A DNA stretch of 64,000 bases, taken from the NCBI GenBank assembly GCA_964474085.1, contig CAYYRJ010000003.1, positions 21,348 through 85,347 on the forward strand, read 5' to 3'. Numbering within the stretch: position 1 is the stretch's first letter; each line of letters opens with the position of its first letter. This document shows positions 17,512 through 27,817 of the stretch, one piece after another. The DNA comes from an uncultured Planctomycetales bacterium (GTDB taxonomy: Bacteria > Omnitrophota > Gorgyraeia > Zapsychrales > JANLHA01). A program made the translations under genes and the position numbers. The notes beneath the pieces are model-generated. The model did not search any database and had not been told where the DNA came from. It saw only the letters and a list, made by a program, of their open reading frames with translations.

Positions 17512-17540
17512 TGGAACGTTTCCGGCGGTGCCGGGTTCAG
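17512..17540. repeat. D-family repeat, copy D6
   Basis: ttggaacgtttccggcggtgccgggttcag, followed by inverted ggaaatgttcc. Confidence 0.55.
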
Positions 17541-17633
17541 CTTGAATATGGCACGTTTGGAAATGTTCCGATTTATTCTCAGAAACATTGTTTAGGCGTA
17601 AGTTTTAAAGGGTGCTCGTCAGGAAATCTTTCA

Positions 17634-18053
17634 TTACCCTTGTATGCGGGAGATCAAATTATTGACTCGTTGTGCGACTTCTTTGGCTAACTCGTCTTCT
17701 GGACGGACGACAATTTCTCTTTTGGCTCCGGTGATAAGGATTTCGTCAATTTCTAAAATCAATCGGCCAAACGGATTGACTAAATCATAGGCAATTTTGA
17801 AAGCTAACACCATAAAAATAAACAAGGAAATAAAAATAAAACAAACCGTCGCATAAAACCATTGGGCAATGCAAGGGCCAACCAGTAAATAAGATTTGTT
17901 TAAAATCAGAGAACTGACTTGAGTATTCATTAAATAAACAACAATCAGCAGAGCTGCGCTAATCGCAAACAGTGGTGCTGTGATTAAAAAAATGATCTGC
18001 ATTTGGTACTTGTTATTGAGTGCGAAAATATTGCGTTTGATTTGTGAAGTCAT
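17634..18053 (-). CDS. hypothetical membrane protein (2-3 TM helices)
   Basis: IIFLITAPLFAISAALLIVVYL and WFYATVCFIFISLFIFMVLAF hydrophobic segments. Confidence 0.35.
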   Translation of the reverse strand: MTSQIKRNIFALNNKYQMQIIFLITAPLFAISAALLIVVYLMNTQVSSLILNKSYLLVGPCIAQWFYATVCFIFISLFIFMVLAFKIAYDLVNPFGRLILEIDEILITGAKREIVVRPEDELAKEVAQRVNNLISRIQG

Positions 18054-18170
18054 TGACGCTCCTTTGGCAAGATTGAAAATTTTGTAACCTGATTATTGGC
18101 TACTCATAATTTTGAATTATAGTAGCTTTTGAGGTTAAAAGCAACGCCAAGGCTGCGAATTCCAGAAAGT

Positions 18171-19907
18171 TTAATTCTTATTTATGTGCATGTTTTTTAA
18201 TAGCATTTCTAAGGCGGAACGAATCTCTTGAGATTGGGGGTCTAAACGTTGCGCTTCTTTAAGCAGATTGACGGCTTCTTGCAGTCGCCCTGTATTCGCA
18301 AAAGCGATCGCGAGGTTTTTTAAGACAGCAGGTTTTACAAATCCTAATAGGAGGGCTTTTTGGTAACAGTCAATAGCGCGCTGATATTGCCCCATCTGTG
18401 AGTAGACCACGCCCCAATTATGATAACCGACGGCAAATTCCGGAGATAGTTCGACAGCCTTTTGGGCATAAAAAAGCGCGTCATTAAATTTTTTTTGACC
18501 CGCTAAAGCCATGGCGAGATTTGAAGCAACTTCCGCTGAGTTTGGATTTAAAGTCAGCGATTTTAAAAAGCACTCGGCAGCTTCTTTGTCTCTGCCTTTT
18601 GCGAATAAATCACTGCCTAGATCATTCCAAATCCGAACATTGTCAGGCTGTTTTGAAAGGACATCTTTCCAAAGTTTTTCTTCGCTTTGATAAATTTTAT
18701 TTCGCTGATACGTGACCCCGCCGAACATGAGTGCCAAAATCCCTACGAGGATTACAAAGAATACATTGCGACTTTTAGGATTCACATACCGGTTGATCAT
18801 CGCTTTGATTGCGCCGCTAAAAATAATCGTCAGGCATGAAAGCGGGAGATACATCCGGTATTCATAAATCAAGTCTTTAAGCGGAATAAAGCTCGATGTG
18901 GGCGCTAAGATTACAAAAAAACTTAAACCCAAAAAACTTATCGCAGGATAGAGGCGATATAAACAGGCCAAAAGAATAAGCCAAGTGACGATGATAACCC
19001 ACGAGGGGAAAAGAATAGATATTTCTTTAACGACAGGCCAGTGATAATCAAAGATCAGCGGGTTAGGCCAGAGGGCCAATTGTAAATAACGCAAAACGAC
19101 CCGCGGCTGATTGATCAGATATTCCAGCGGGGTTATCCCTTTCATGCCAAACCCGGCGGTCAGCGTTTGCTCCGGTCGGGTCGTCGCGTAGAGAAAAATC
19201 ATGATAGCCCAAGTGAAGCTCAAGCTTAGATACAGCCACCGATGATCTTTAAAAGCTTTGCCAAACGAAGCCGAAATAAAAGTGCGGTCGTAGAGCAAAA
19301 CCACGACAGGCAAAGCCAGCGCAACTTCCTTGGTTAACCCGCAGAACAAAGCGCTAATCCCTGCGCTGACTAACCATCGGATTTTTCGGGTCGTAAAATA
19401 TTGCGTCGAAAAATACAACGTGATTATAAAAAAAAGAGCCATGAGCGATTCGGCCCGCTGAATGATATAGGTTACCGCTTGCGTTTGCAGCGGATGACAG
19501 ACCCAAAGCAAAGAAGTGCCAAAGGCTAAAAGGACTGCATCTCGACGGACACTCTCTCCTATTGATGGCAAACGGCAGGTTTTTACGGTCAAAAGAAACA
19601 AAGACAACGCCGTTAAAATATGGACACAAAGGTTAAAAACATGAAACCCAAACGTATTTAAGCCGCCTTGATGAACGTTAAACGCTAAACTTGCATAGAG
19701 AATAGGCCGGCGATTATTGAACAAAAATTGCCATGGCCAATGCAAGGATTGGATTTTGGGATTCAACACAATTTGTGTCATGTCATCAAATAGAAATGGA
19801 ACGTGAAATGTATCTCGGTAGACGAGCAGTGCGGCCAAACAAACCACAATCACGCCCAAAATCAATGAAATATTTTTTTGCAGGTAAGCTTTAGCCCGGG
19901 GAGTCAT
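18171..19907 (-). CDS. TPR-repeat membrane protein with N-terminal multi-pass GT-C/PMT-like (TMTC-type) domain, paralogue 1
   Basis: About 400 aa polytopic N-terminal domain with acidic loop motif (LFDDMTQ) followed by C-terminal TPR repeats (AMALAGQKKFNDALFYAQKAVELSPE...). Confidence 0.5.
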   Translation of the reverse strand: MTPRAKAYLQKNISLILGVIVVCLAALLVYRDTFHVPFLFDDMTQIVLNPKIQSLHWPWQFLFNNRRPILYASLAFNVHQGGLNTFGFHVFNLCVHILTALSLFLLTVKTCRLPSIGESVRRDAVLLAFGTSLLWVCHPLQTQAVTYIIQRAESLMALFFIITLYFSTQYFTTRKIRWLVSAGISALFCGLTKEVALALPVVVLLYDRTFISASFGKAFKDHRWLYLSLSFTWAIMIFLYATTRPEQTLTAGFGMKGITPLEYLINQPRVVLRYLQLALWPNPLIFDYHWPVVKEISILFPSWVIIVTWLILLACLYRLYPAISFLGLSFFVILAPTSSFIPLKDLIYEYRMYLPLSCLTIIFSGAIKAMINRYVNPKSRNVFFVILVGILALMFGGVTYQRNKIYQSEEKLWKDVLSKQPDNVRIWNDLGSDLFAKGRDKEAAECFLKSLTLNPNSAEVASNLAMALAGQKKFNDALFYAQKAVELSPEFAVGYHNWGVVYSQMGQYQRAIDCYQKALLLGFVKPAVLKNLAIAFANTGRLQEAVNLLKEAQRLDPQSQEIRSALEMLLKNMHINKN

Positions 19908-21888
19908 GTTTTAGCTTTTTGTTTAAGGCCTGCAGATTTTTTTGAGCGCCCTCATGTTGGGGATTGATTGCAAGTGTTTTGCTAAAATCTTTAGCGGCCT
20001 GATCAAAAAGTCCCATCGTCGCATAAACATTCCCTCGGCCGTAATACGCATCGGCGTATTTGGGATTTAATTTGATGGCGGCATTATAATTTTGCAGCGC
20101 TTCTTTAAGCATTTTTTTTTGTTCAAAAACAATTCCTCGATGAGCATAAACCTCGCCGTTTCGCGGATCAATTGACAGCGAGCGATTAAAGTCTGCCAAA
20201 GCCAAATCATATTGTTGCTTTATTCCAAGAATCAAACCCCGCTTATTGTAACCCATCGCCGAATTGGGATTAAGCTTTAAGACTTTTTGAAAATGTTCAA
20301 ACGCTTTGTTAAAGTTGCCTTGTGCATAATAAAAATCACCGAGATTAAAATGTGCTTCAATGTTGGAAGGATCGATATCCACGGCTTTTTGAAAATTTAA
20401 AAGCGCGTTGTTTTTATCCATTTTTATCGCATAAATAATCCCGAGATTATTGTAGGCTTCATCAAAGCGCGGACTAAGTTCTGTAACTTTTAAAAAGTCT
20501 GCCAGGGCAGCGTCGGTTTGTTCGCCGGCTCCGTACATTTGTCCGCGGCTATTGTAACCTTCCGGATAAACCGGATCGACGGCAACAGCCTTATTAAAAT
20601 CGGCAAAAGCCAAAGCATATTTTCCCTCGTCCTTGTAAGCTTCGCCCCGATTAACAAGGGCCATCGAATTATCCGGATAATACTTTAGTTCATGGCTCCA
20701 GAAGGCAATACTTGATTTCCAGACAGATGTTTGGACAAAGGATTTTGCGCTTAAAAGTATCGCGATGAAAACAAGACACGTTGTGGCAAACCACCGAAGG
20801 TTCGGTGTCGGTATTCGTTTGAGAAGTCGATCCACACCATAGCCGATCAAAAAGCAAAACCCAAGGCTTGGCAGATACAAAAAGCGGTTTGAAACCGGTG
20901 GTAGATATTTGATGTCATCAAAACGCAAAAGAAAGAATATCGATAGAAAGTAGAACAGAATTGCAAAAATAAAAAGCCGCTGGCGTCTAAAACGCCATAT
21001 CGCATAAATAAGAAGCCCTAAGCCTAAAAACGATAGGGCAAATTCCGGCGTGCTTAACGAAAATGGCTTGGGAAAACGGTAAAAAAGGACGAGGTCGACA
21101 GGAAAAAGGAATTTGTAAAAATAAAACATCAAGCACCAAACCCACAAAACAATTGCCTCCCCTGCCTGCTGGATCGGATTACGAGCGTTTAAAAGATAGG
21201 TCACAAGCGAAATCGGCACAATATAGAGAAAATGCGGGATTTTATCGAGCAGCATCCATTTGTCAAAACAACGTTTTTTGTACCAATCACAAAGTAAAAA
21301 AATCAACGGCAGGCTTAAGGCCATGGACTTGGCGAGAATACTAAGTATGCCCAAGATGATTGTGGCCACGTAATAGGTAAATTGGCGCTTCTCTAAATAT
21401 TTCCAATAAAAGCACAGAGCCAGCATATAAAAAAATGAATAGAGAACGTCCTTGCGCTCGGTGACCCATGCGACCGACTCGACATGCATCGGGTGTATTC
21501 CAAATAATAGCCCGCCGACAAATGCCGCCAAAAGCGGTAACCCCAACTGCAGGGCAAAATAAAAAACTAAAGCAGTTACGGCAAGGTGCAAAAGTAAATT
21601 ATCAAAATGGTAAATAAACGGCTGGTATTTAAAGAAGTGATACTCAACAGCAAAGGACAATGCCGTCAGCGGGACATAAGTCGGGTTAAAGGGTTTTGTA
21701 AAAATGGATTTGATGTGAGCACGATCGAGCGCCCGGACCGAGGCATTATCGTAAAGATGCAAATTGTCGTCGTTATTGACAAAACCGCTTTTGAGAGTTG
21801 GCAAATAACAGACAAAGGTGACAAGGAGAATGATTCCCAAATAAATCCTCCCTGCTTTTCCAAAAAAACTTTGTGTATTATTCAGCAT
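19891..21888 (-). CDS. TPR-repeat membrane protein with GT-C/PMT-like (TMTC-type) N-terminal domain, paralogue 2
   Basis: DDNLHL loop motif after TM1, multi-TM region, at least 7 TPRs; about 80% identical over long stretches to paralogue 3 (e.g. HFFKYQPFIYHFDNLLLHLAVTALVFYFALQLGLP). Confidence 0.55.
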   Translation of the reverse strand: MLNNTQSFFGKAGRIYLGIILLVTFVCYLPTLKSGFVNNDDNLHLYDNASVRALDRAHIKSIFTKPFNPTYVPLTALSFAVEYHFFKYQPFIYHFDNLLLHLAVTALVFYFALQLGLPLLAAFVGGLLFGIHPMHVESVAWVTERKDVLYSFFYMLALCFYWKYLEKRQFTYYVATIILGILSILAKSMALSLPLIFLLCDWYKKRCFDKWMLLDKIPHFLYIVPISLVTYLLNARNPIQQAGEAIVLWVWCLMFYFYKFLFPVDLVLFYRFPKPFSLSTPEFALSFLGLGLLIYAIWRFRRQRLFIFAILFYFLSIFFLLRFDDIKYLPPVSNRFLYLPSLGFCFLIGYGVDRLLKRIPTPNLRWFATTCLVFIAILLSAKSFVQTSVWKSSIAFWSHELKYYPDNSMALVNRGEAYKDEGKYALAFADFNKAVAVDPVYPEGYNSRGQMYGAGEQTDAALADFLKVTELSPRFDEAYNNLGIIYAIKMDKNNALLNFQKAVDIDPSNIEAHFNLGDFYYAQGNFNKAFEHFQKVLKLNPNSAMGYNKRGLILGIKQQYDLALADFNRSLSIDPRNGEVYAHRGIVFEQKKMLKEALQNYNAAIKLNPKYADAYYGRGNVYATMGLFDQAAKDFSKTLAINPQHEGAQKNLQALNKKLKHDSPG

Positions 21889-23629
21889 TTTGCCCGGCTT
21901 GAAGTTTGTTTAATAGCTGTTGGCTTCGCTCTGCCCCTAAATGGTGGGGATTGATTTTAAGCGCTTTTTCAAAATCTTTTGCCGCTTGATCAAAAATTCC
22001 CATTGTTGCATAAACATTCCCGCGGCCATAATAAGCATCAGCGCTATGGGGATTTAATTGGATGGCTTTATTGTAATTTGCAAGAGCTTGTTTGGGCATT
22101 CTCTTTTGTTCAAAAATAATACCGAGATTATAATGCGCTTGACCATTAGCCGGATCGATTTCAATCGCTTTTTTAAAATAAATAAGCGCTTTTTCATTGT
22201 CTTTTTTCATCGTATAAATAATGCCAATATTATTATACGCTTCGTCAAAATGAGGATTAAGTTCAATAACTTTTAAGAAATCCTCTAAAGCCTCGTCGAT
22301 GTTTCCCCGCATCGCTAATATTTGCCCGCGGCTGTTGTAGCCTTCGGCGTATTTGGGGTCAACGCGGATGGCGTTGTTAAAATCTTCGAGCGCCTTGTCG
22401 TATTGGCCAATATCTTTATAGGCTTCCCCTCGATTGCCATAAGCTGTGGCATTGTCAGGGTAATATTTTAGTTCGTGATTCCAAAACGGAATGCTGTCCT
22501 TCCAAATCTGCGTTTGGGCAAATGTTTTTGCGCCTAAAAGAATCGCTATAGGAATGGCGATCACAAATACAATTTTGCGAAGGTGCTCTTTTTTTAGAAG
22601 TTGATCAAACGAATAACCGATCAAAAAACAAATGCCAAGACACGGCAGGTACATAAACCGGTCGGCAACGATGTTTTTATCAACGGCATTGTCATATCGA
22701 AAAAGGAAAAACATGGAGAAAAAATAATACAGGCCTGCAAAGACAACCCAACGCTGACGCCGGAAAATAAATAATATAGTCGTCAAAATCCCTAGTAATC
22801 CCATGGCGCCTAAATAATGCGGATTGGTCCATGAAATCGGCTGCGGCAGCGCATACATCGGGACCAGAGTTAACGGAAAAAAGAATTTGTGGATGTAAAA
22901 AACGGCCGTCCAAATCCAGATGATAATCCCACTAGAAATATTTTCTCCGGGAATACGTGCATTTAAAGAGTAGGTTATCCACGCTATCGAGACGATATAA
23001 AGAAAATGCGGGACTTTATCGAGAATCATCCATTTGTCAAAAGAGCGTTTTTTAAGCCAATCACAAACAAAAAATATCAACGGCAGGCTTAAGGCCATTG
23101 GTTTGGAGAGAATGCTTAAAATACCAAAAACAATCGTTAGCACATAGGGTTTAATCTCTCGTCGGGAAAGATATTTCCAGTAAAAAAACAACGATAACAT
23201 ATAAAAAAACGCATAGAGCACATCTTTTCTTTCCGTCACCCACGCAACTGATTCAACATGCATCGGGTGAATGCCGAACAATAATCCCGCTGCAAAAGCC
23301 GCTCGAAGCGGCAAGCCAACCTGCAGAGCAAAATAAAACACCAAGGCTGTCACGCCAAGATGCAGGAGTAAATTGTCTAAATGGTAAATAAAAGGATTGT
23401 ATTTAAAGAAATGATATTCAACGGCAAAGGAAAGAAATGTCAGCGGAGCATAGACTTTGTCGACGCTGGTCGTAAATATTTGCCGGATGTGGTCTGCATC
23501 CAAGGCCCGGATAGACGAATTTTCTAAAAGATGCGTGTCATCGTCTAAGTAGACAAAATGATTTCCAAGGGTTGGCGCGTAAGATACTACGGCAGCCAAA
23601 AGAACAATAAACAGAGCTCTTTTAATCAT
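21878..23629 (-). CDS. TPR-repeat membrane protein with GT-C/PMT-like (TMTC-type) N-terminal domain, paralogue 3
   Basis: YLDDDTHLL loop motif, multi-TM, C-terminal TPRs; tandem duplicate of paralogue 2. Confidence 0.55.
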   Translation of the reverse strand: MIKRALFIVLLAAVVSYAPTLGNHFVYLDDDTHLLENSSIRALDADHIRQIFTTSVDKVYAPLTFLSFAVEYHFFKYNPFIYHLDNLLLHLGVTALVFYFALQVGLPLRAAFAAGLLFGIHPMHVESVAWVTERKDVLYAFFYMLSLFFYWKYLSRREIKPYVLTIVFGILSILSKPMALSLPLIFFVCDWLKKRSFDKWMILDKVPHFLYIVSIAWITYSLNARIPGENISSGIIIWIWTAVFYIHKFFFPLTLVPMYALPQPISWTNPHYLGAMGLLGILTTILFIFRRQRWVVFAGLYYFFSMFFLFRYDNAVDKNIVADRFMYLPCLGICFLIGYSFDQLLKKEHLRKIVFVIAIPIAILLGAKTFAQTQIWKDSIPFWNHELKYYPDNATAYGNRGEAYKDIGQYDKALEDFNNAIRVDPKYAEGYNSRGQILAMRGNIDEALEDFLKVIELNPHFDEAYNNIGIIYTMKKDNEKALIYFKKAIEIDPANGQAHYNLGIIFEQKRMPKQALANYNKAIQLNPHSADAYYGRGNVYATMGIFDQAAKDFEKALKINPHHLGAERSQQLLNKLQAGQNAE

Positions 23630-23664
23630 TAATTTTTATTTGCTTGTTGCCACGCCTTTTTCTG

Positions 23665-26600
23665 TTAAAAAACTTCCTTTTCTTGGTTAACATGCCACGT
23701 TGAAGAATTGGTCGTAATTTTCCAATAGGGACGATATGGCGTTAAGCTATAGGGATTATGCGGTTCCCAAATTAAAGTTGCTTTTGGATTCTTTAAATCA
23801 TTCATTATCTGTGTGTACTCTCGCAAAAGATTGAGCCGTTTTTCGTTGTCGCTTTGCTTTAATGTGCGCATAAGTGTTGATAAATTCTTTAACATGTTCT
23901 TAATGACCTGAGTTTTGACTAATTCGACAGCTGTTGTTTTATTGACATCAAAGAAACGTTCAGGCGTTTTTGTCCAGCTAACTTCTTTAAATGATCCATC
24001 TAAGGCGCTAATGATAATTACCGCGCTGGTAAGATTGTTTTTGTTGTTTGTTATTTTTTTATACGAAACCAGATAATAGTCGCCTTTTTCGATATCTGGA
24101 CGGGTGACACGGATGACTTGGCCCATTTCACAATTTTCAAAGGCCGAAATAGCTTGCGTGTCGGTTAAAAAATTTTTGTCCACGAGATCTTGCCAAGCCC
24201 GTTTTTTAATTTTTTTGGCTTTCAATTTTGCTGTTGTTGTAGTGTTTAGCAAAGGATTGTTTGCGTTAATAAAATCAAGATTTTCGTTATTTGTCAGGGG
24301 TTTCATTACTTTGATTGTCGCTGTGCTTATTTTATTCGGAGGTTCTGCGACTTGAACATATCGCCCATTATAGGCATCCCCGGGGGCGTCCAACGGCAAA
24401 AAATAAGTTGAACGACATTCTGCAGCTGTTTTATAAGTATCCTGCCCAATTCCTGTAATGAGTGGGTCGCTCATCCAAAAACCAAACAAAGCAAAATCCG
24501 GTGTATAAAACGGATTTGTTGTCGGTAGTGGACAGGGATTATTGCTGGCTGCAAAACCTTTGATTGCGACCCAATGCGAGTAATTACCATATAATGGTAC
24601 GGCCGCCGGCGTATTAGGACGTGCTACGAAGGGACCATCTTTCCACCACTGCTCTTGCTTAACGGTAAACGCTATCCAATGGCTTATATTGCGCATATAG
24701 GCATTGATCGCATCCGGGGAAGCAACATGGCTGTCAACGCTGAAATTGTAACCTTGGTATGGATTGCCATTGGGACGTGCATCATAGACGTCATAGCTAT
24801 TGCTAACTAATGTGTCGTAAGGGTCAAAATGTCCCAGCGCTTTTGCGATTTGATCGGCGTTTAATTCACCGCTTAGTGTTGCTGGGGACTTGGCGTATTC
24901 ATAAATTTCATTTTGTGTCTTAGTCGGTAGGCCGGCTCCTTCACGCATATAATCTATGATCATTTGACTGGTTGCTGCACCTGTTGAGGAATAAGGCGCA
25001 ATATTTTGTCGCCAAGGCATTTGACTTAAGTTTAAAATATAGTCGTGAATATCTCCCAGAGGACCACCATGAATGCCCATATCATTGCGTGTGGCATTTA
25101 AGTCATTAAACCGGCTGTCTGGGTCGCCTCCATTGACAGCGGGTGAAGAAAGATTTAATTGAAAATCCCTTGTATCAATAAACCTTGGATCTGTGTAAAT
25201 GTTATTTGTCGCTAAACTGATGCCGGTTGCTAGTTGGCCGGTTGTGTTATTCCAAAAATCGTTATAGGAGTACTCTTGTATCCCGCTGCCCGCAGCGTAA
25301 ATCGTTTGAGCGCCAAGTGTGTTTTGCATGAAAATATTATTTTTTGCTGTAATATTCGAATTGATCGCGTAGGTTACAACCCCCTGTGTTGTTGCGCCGG
25401 CGTTCCCGCGGGTATTATAAAAAACATTATTATAAAGGCTTACGGTACTGTTGTTCGCATTAAGAGCACCGCCCTTGCCCAAATTTGAAATTCTTCCGCT
25501 TATAAAAACATTATTTTGCAGTGTTGCTGTTGAGTTTGTGATTGTAACGCCAGCTCCCTGATCCCAAGAACCACAAGAGGAAAATCGGTTTCGGATGATT
25601 TCCAGATTTGAGCCGTCGCTGATTTTAAGGGCCCCTTCCCAGCGTTCCTTAAAAAGATTGTCTTGAATTAATCCTGTCGATGAAGTCAACGAGATACCCG
25701 GCGGAAGCGGCCCTAAAGTATTGCCAAAAGTATTTCCGATGATTTGAATGCTGTTGTGACCAAGTCCGCGGATTGGTTCAGAGTCGTTGATGGTGTTATT
25801 TCTTATAATCGCTGCGGCGTTATCGTCAAGAGATATTCCTTTTCGCGATAAAATGTTATTGTCAATTTGCAACGAACTGACCGTCGGTAAACATCGGATG
25901 GCTACCGAGCCGCCGGTTATTGTAAAACCGGTAATCCGTGCTTTGATATCGCCAAAAAGATTTGAGGCAGTAATGTTTGCTGTTGTTGTTAAGCCGTTTA
26001 GTATTGATTTTTGATTTTCACCCGTTAGCGTTACCCCGCTTTTATTAAAATTTAAATTTTCGGTATATGTCCCGGGAGCGACTAAGACTGTGTCGCCGCT
26101 TGTCGAAGCATCAATCGCTGCTTGGATCGTTGGATAATCTGCAGGTACACGGCGGATTTGGCCTGTCGACGAGTAAAGGTAACTTAAGGCATTTTGAACT
26201 TTTGTGAAATAACCGGTATTTTTAGCGGCATAGTGTAGAAATGTGGGTTTGCCGTCATGAATGTTAAGTCCCTGATCGATGGATAACACAGTATAGGCGG
26301 CACTTAAAGTTTCAAAAATAAAACGGGCGACAGGTGGTGTATAGGCGGCATTATTTTTAATGATGCTCGTGGTCACTTCAAAACCAAAAGGTTTATGTCC
26401 GTCGCTGCCATTGTGATAATAATGGGCCGTGTCATTTTTTAAGTCCCCGATTTTTGTGATCAACGTATTGATATCTAAAGGGTCTAAGTCCGGCCCAATA
26501 TTAAAAGGAATAAAAAAAGCATGGGGCGTTGCGTTCGCTGAAACACTTGCCGGCACTTCATTGGGAAGATTAGGCGGGGTATAAAATCCGACTCCGCTTG

Positions 26601-27627
26601 GCTGGGTCATTGCATCTGAAAACGCTGGATAATCAACCCCGCGCAGGTTACCAAAAGCCAAATGGGCTTTGACGGCATTAGCAAAAGATGAGTTACTGTA
26701 TTGATTTTCGATTCCTGTTTCCCATTTTGCGACGGGAAATCCGGATAATGAGCGCACTCCCCAAGTGAACATCGCATTAAACCATGCCGCTTCTTTAACA
26801 ATAATGTTATTCCACTGGCGAGGTGATTTTTTCATGACATCGACGATATTTTTATATTCATCGAAGGTAATCGAGTCTGACGCATAAGCGATCCACGCCA
26901 TCATGCCGCCTTCATCAGCGTAGACATCCCATTGGCTGCTTCCCTGCTTTCCATTAGACGCATCGACAACATGTTTTAAATATTCTTTATGTGCATCAAG
27001 AAAAATTCTGAAATTCATTTTTTTGCTAATCGATAAAGCTTTGGTTTCAATTGTGCCAAGGCCATTAACATTCGCCCAGCCTTGCGCGATTAAAAGCGAT
27101 GTGTATAAAAAACCATTGTCAACCGAGGGAATAAAAACATTGGCATCATGATACGGTGTTGTTAGGTCAACCCCAGAAGGGGTCGTTACATAATAATAAG
27201 GGTAAAACAAAGAACGATAACTTTGCGAAGGGTCATTTTGGAGGCGGATCATTGTATCAAGAGATTTTTCAATTCGACTTGAAGCATTTGATACGGTGAT
27301 GATTCCTCGGTCTGCGGCGACGATCCATGCGAGTATGGCATAACCCCATTCGGTTGGATTTGAATAATTGTATTGACCGCGATTGCCTTCCCGATAAGCG
27401 CCCAACGGAAATCCGGATGATGTAATAGCGTCGGATGACAAAAAATAATTGAGGTGTGTTTTTAACATTTCATCGAGCAGAGCATACTGCGTGCTCGTTA
27501 AAAATGGGCGTGGACTGGCCGCAGGAAGTTCATCTAAAGCGTAAGATTTCTGGGAATCAAAGGGTAGACTTAAGAGCAGGCATAAAAAAAATACAACAGT
27601 CACTCTTGTCTTGAAAAAAAAATTCAT
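23665..27627 (-). CDS. large secreted multidomain protein (1320 aa) with central right-handed parallel beta-helix (PbH1) repeats
   Basis: Signal peptide MNFFFKTRVTVVFFLCLLLSLPF; beta-helix repeats NNILSRKGISL...RNNTINDSEPIRG...IGNTFGNT, NNVFISG...NNSTVSLYNNVFYNT...AKNNIFMQN; N- and C-terminal domains unassigned. Confidence 0.55.
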   Translation of the reverse strand: MNFFFKTRVTVVFFLCLLLSLPFDSQKSYALDELPAASPRPFLTSTQYALLDEMLKTHLNYFLSSDAITSSGFPLGAYREGNRGQYNYSNPTEWGYAILAWIVAADRGIITVSNASSRIEKSLDTMIRLQNDPSQSYRSLFYPYYYVTTPSGVDLTTPYHDANVFIPSVDNGFLYTSLLIAQGWANVNGLGTIETKALSISKKMNFRIFLDAHKEYLKHVVDASNGKQGSSQWDVYADEGGMMAWIAYASDSITFDEYKNIVDVMKKSPRQWNNIIVKEAAWFNAMFTWGVRSLSGFPVAKWETGIENQYSNSSFANAVKAHLAFGNLRGVDYPAFSDAMTQPSGVGFYTPPNLPNEVPASVSANATPHAFFIPFNIGPDLDPLDINTLITKIGDLKNDTAHYYHNGSDGHKPFGFEVTTSIIKNNAAYTPPVARFIFETLSAAYTVLSIDQGLNIHDGKPTFLHYAAKNTGYFTKVQNALSYLYSSTGQIRRVPADYPTIQAAIDASTSGDTVLVAPGTYTENLNFNKSGVTLTGENQKSILNGLTTTANITASNLFGDIKARITGFTITGGSVAIRCLPTVSSLQIDNNILSRKGISLDDNAAAIIRNNTINDSEPIRGLGHNSIQIIGNTFGNTLGPLPPGISLTSSTGLIQDNLFKERWEGALKISDGSNLEIIRNRFSSCGSWDQGAGVTITNSTATLQNNVFISGRISNLGKGGALNANNSTVSLYNNVFYNTRGNAGATTQGVVTYAINSNITAKNNIFMQNTLGAQTIYAAGSGIQEYSYNDFWNNTTGQLATGISLATNNIYTDPRFIDTRDFQLNLSSPAVNGGDPDSRFNDLNATRNDMGIHGGPLGDIHDYILNLSQMPWRQNIAPYSSTGAATSQMIIDYMREGAGLPTKTQNEIYEYAKSPATLSGELNADQIAKALGHFDPYDTLVSNSYDVYDARPNGNPYQGYNFSVDSHVASPDAINAYMRNISHWIAFTVKQEQWWKDGPFVARPNTPAAVPLYGNYSHWVAIKGFAASNNPCPLPTTNPFYTPDFALFGFWMSDPLITGIGQDTYKTAAECRSTYFLPLDAPGDAYNGRYVQVAEPPNKISTATIKVMKPLTNNENLDFINANNPLLNTTTTAKLKAKKIKKRAWQDLVDKNFLTDTQAISAFENCEMGQVIRVTRPDIEKGDYYLVSYKKITNNKNNLTSAVIIISALDGSFKEVSWTKTPERFFDVNKTTAVELVKTQVIKNMLKNLSTLMRTLKQSDNEKRLNLLREYTQIMNDLKNPKATLIWEPHNPYSLTPYRPYWKITTNSSTWHVNQEKEVF

Positions 27628-27817
27628 AATTCTCCCCTTTCGATAATGCAGTTAATCAGAAAATTTAGTCTAGAGCGATTTGTTTAACTAAAAGAGCAGC
27701 AGGTCTGATGCAAATTTCGGGTTAAAAATGAGGCCACATATTTTAAAACAAAACAGCAAACTAATTTTAGTTTTAACAAGTTGGATTATAACATCAACTT
27801 AAATAGAGTTTTGAATT

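Noticed and set aside
8374-17540. CRISPR array built from the recurring GGAACATTTCC/CCGGCGGTGCCGG repeats
   Set aside because: Copies are kilobases apart, irregularly spaced, variable in sequence and separated by genes, not short unique spacers.
23665-27627. Assigning the 1320 aa protein a specific CAZy family or C-terminal papain/C39-like peptidase domain
   Set aside because: C-terminal HWVAIKGF and STGAATSQM blocks resemble papain-like motifs but the expected catalytic Cys is a Ser; too uncertain without profile searches, so left as unassigned domains.
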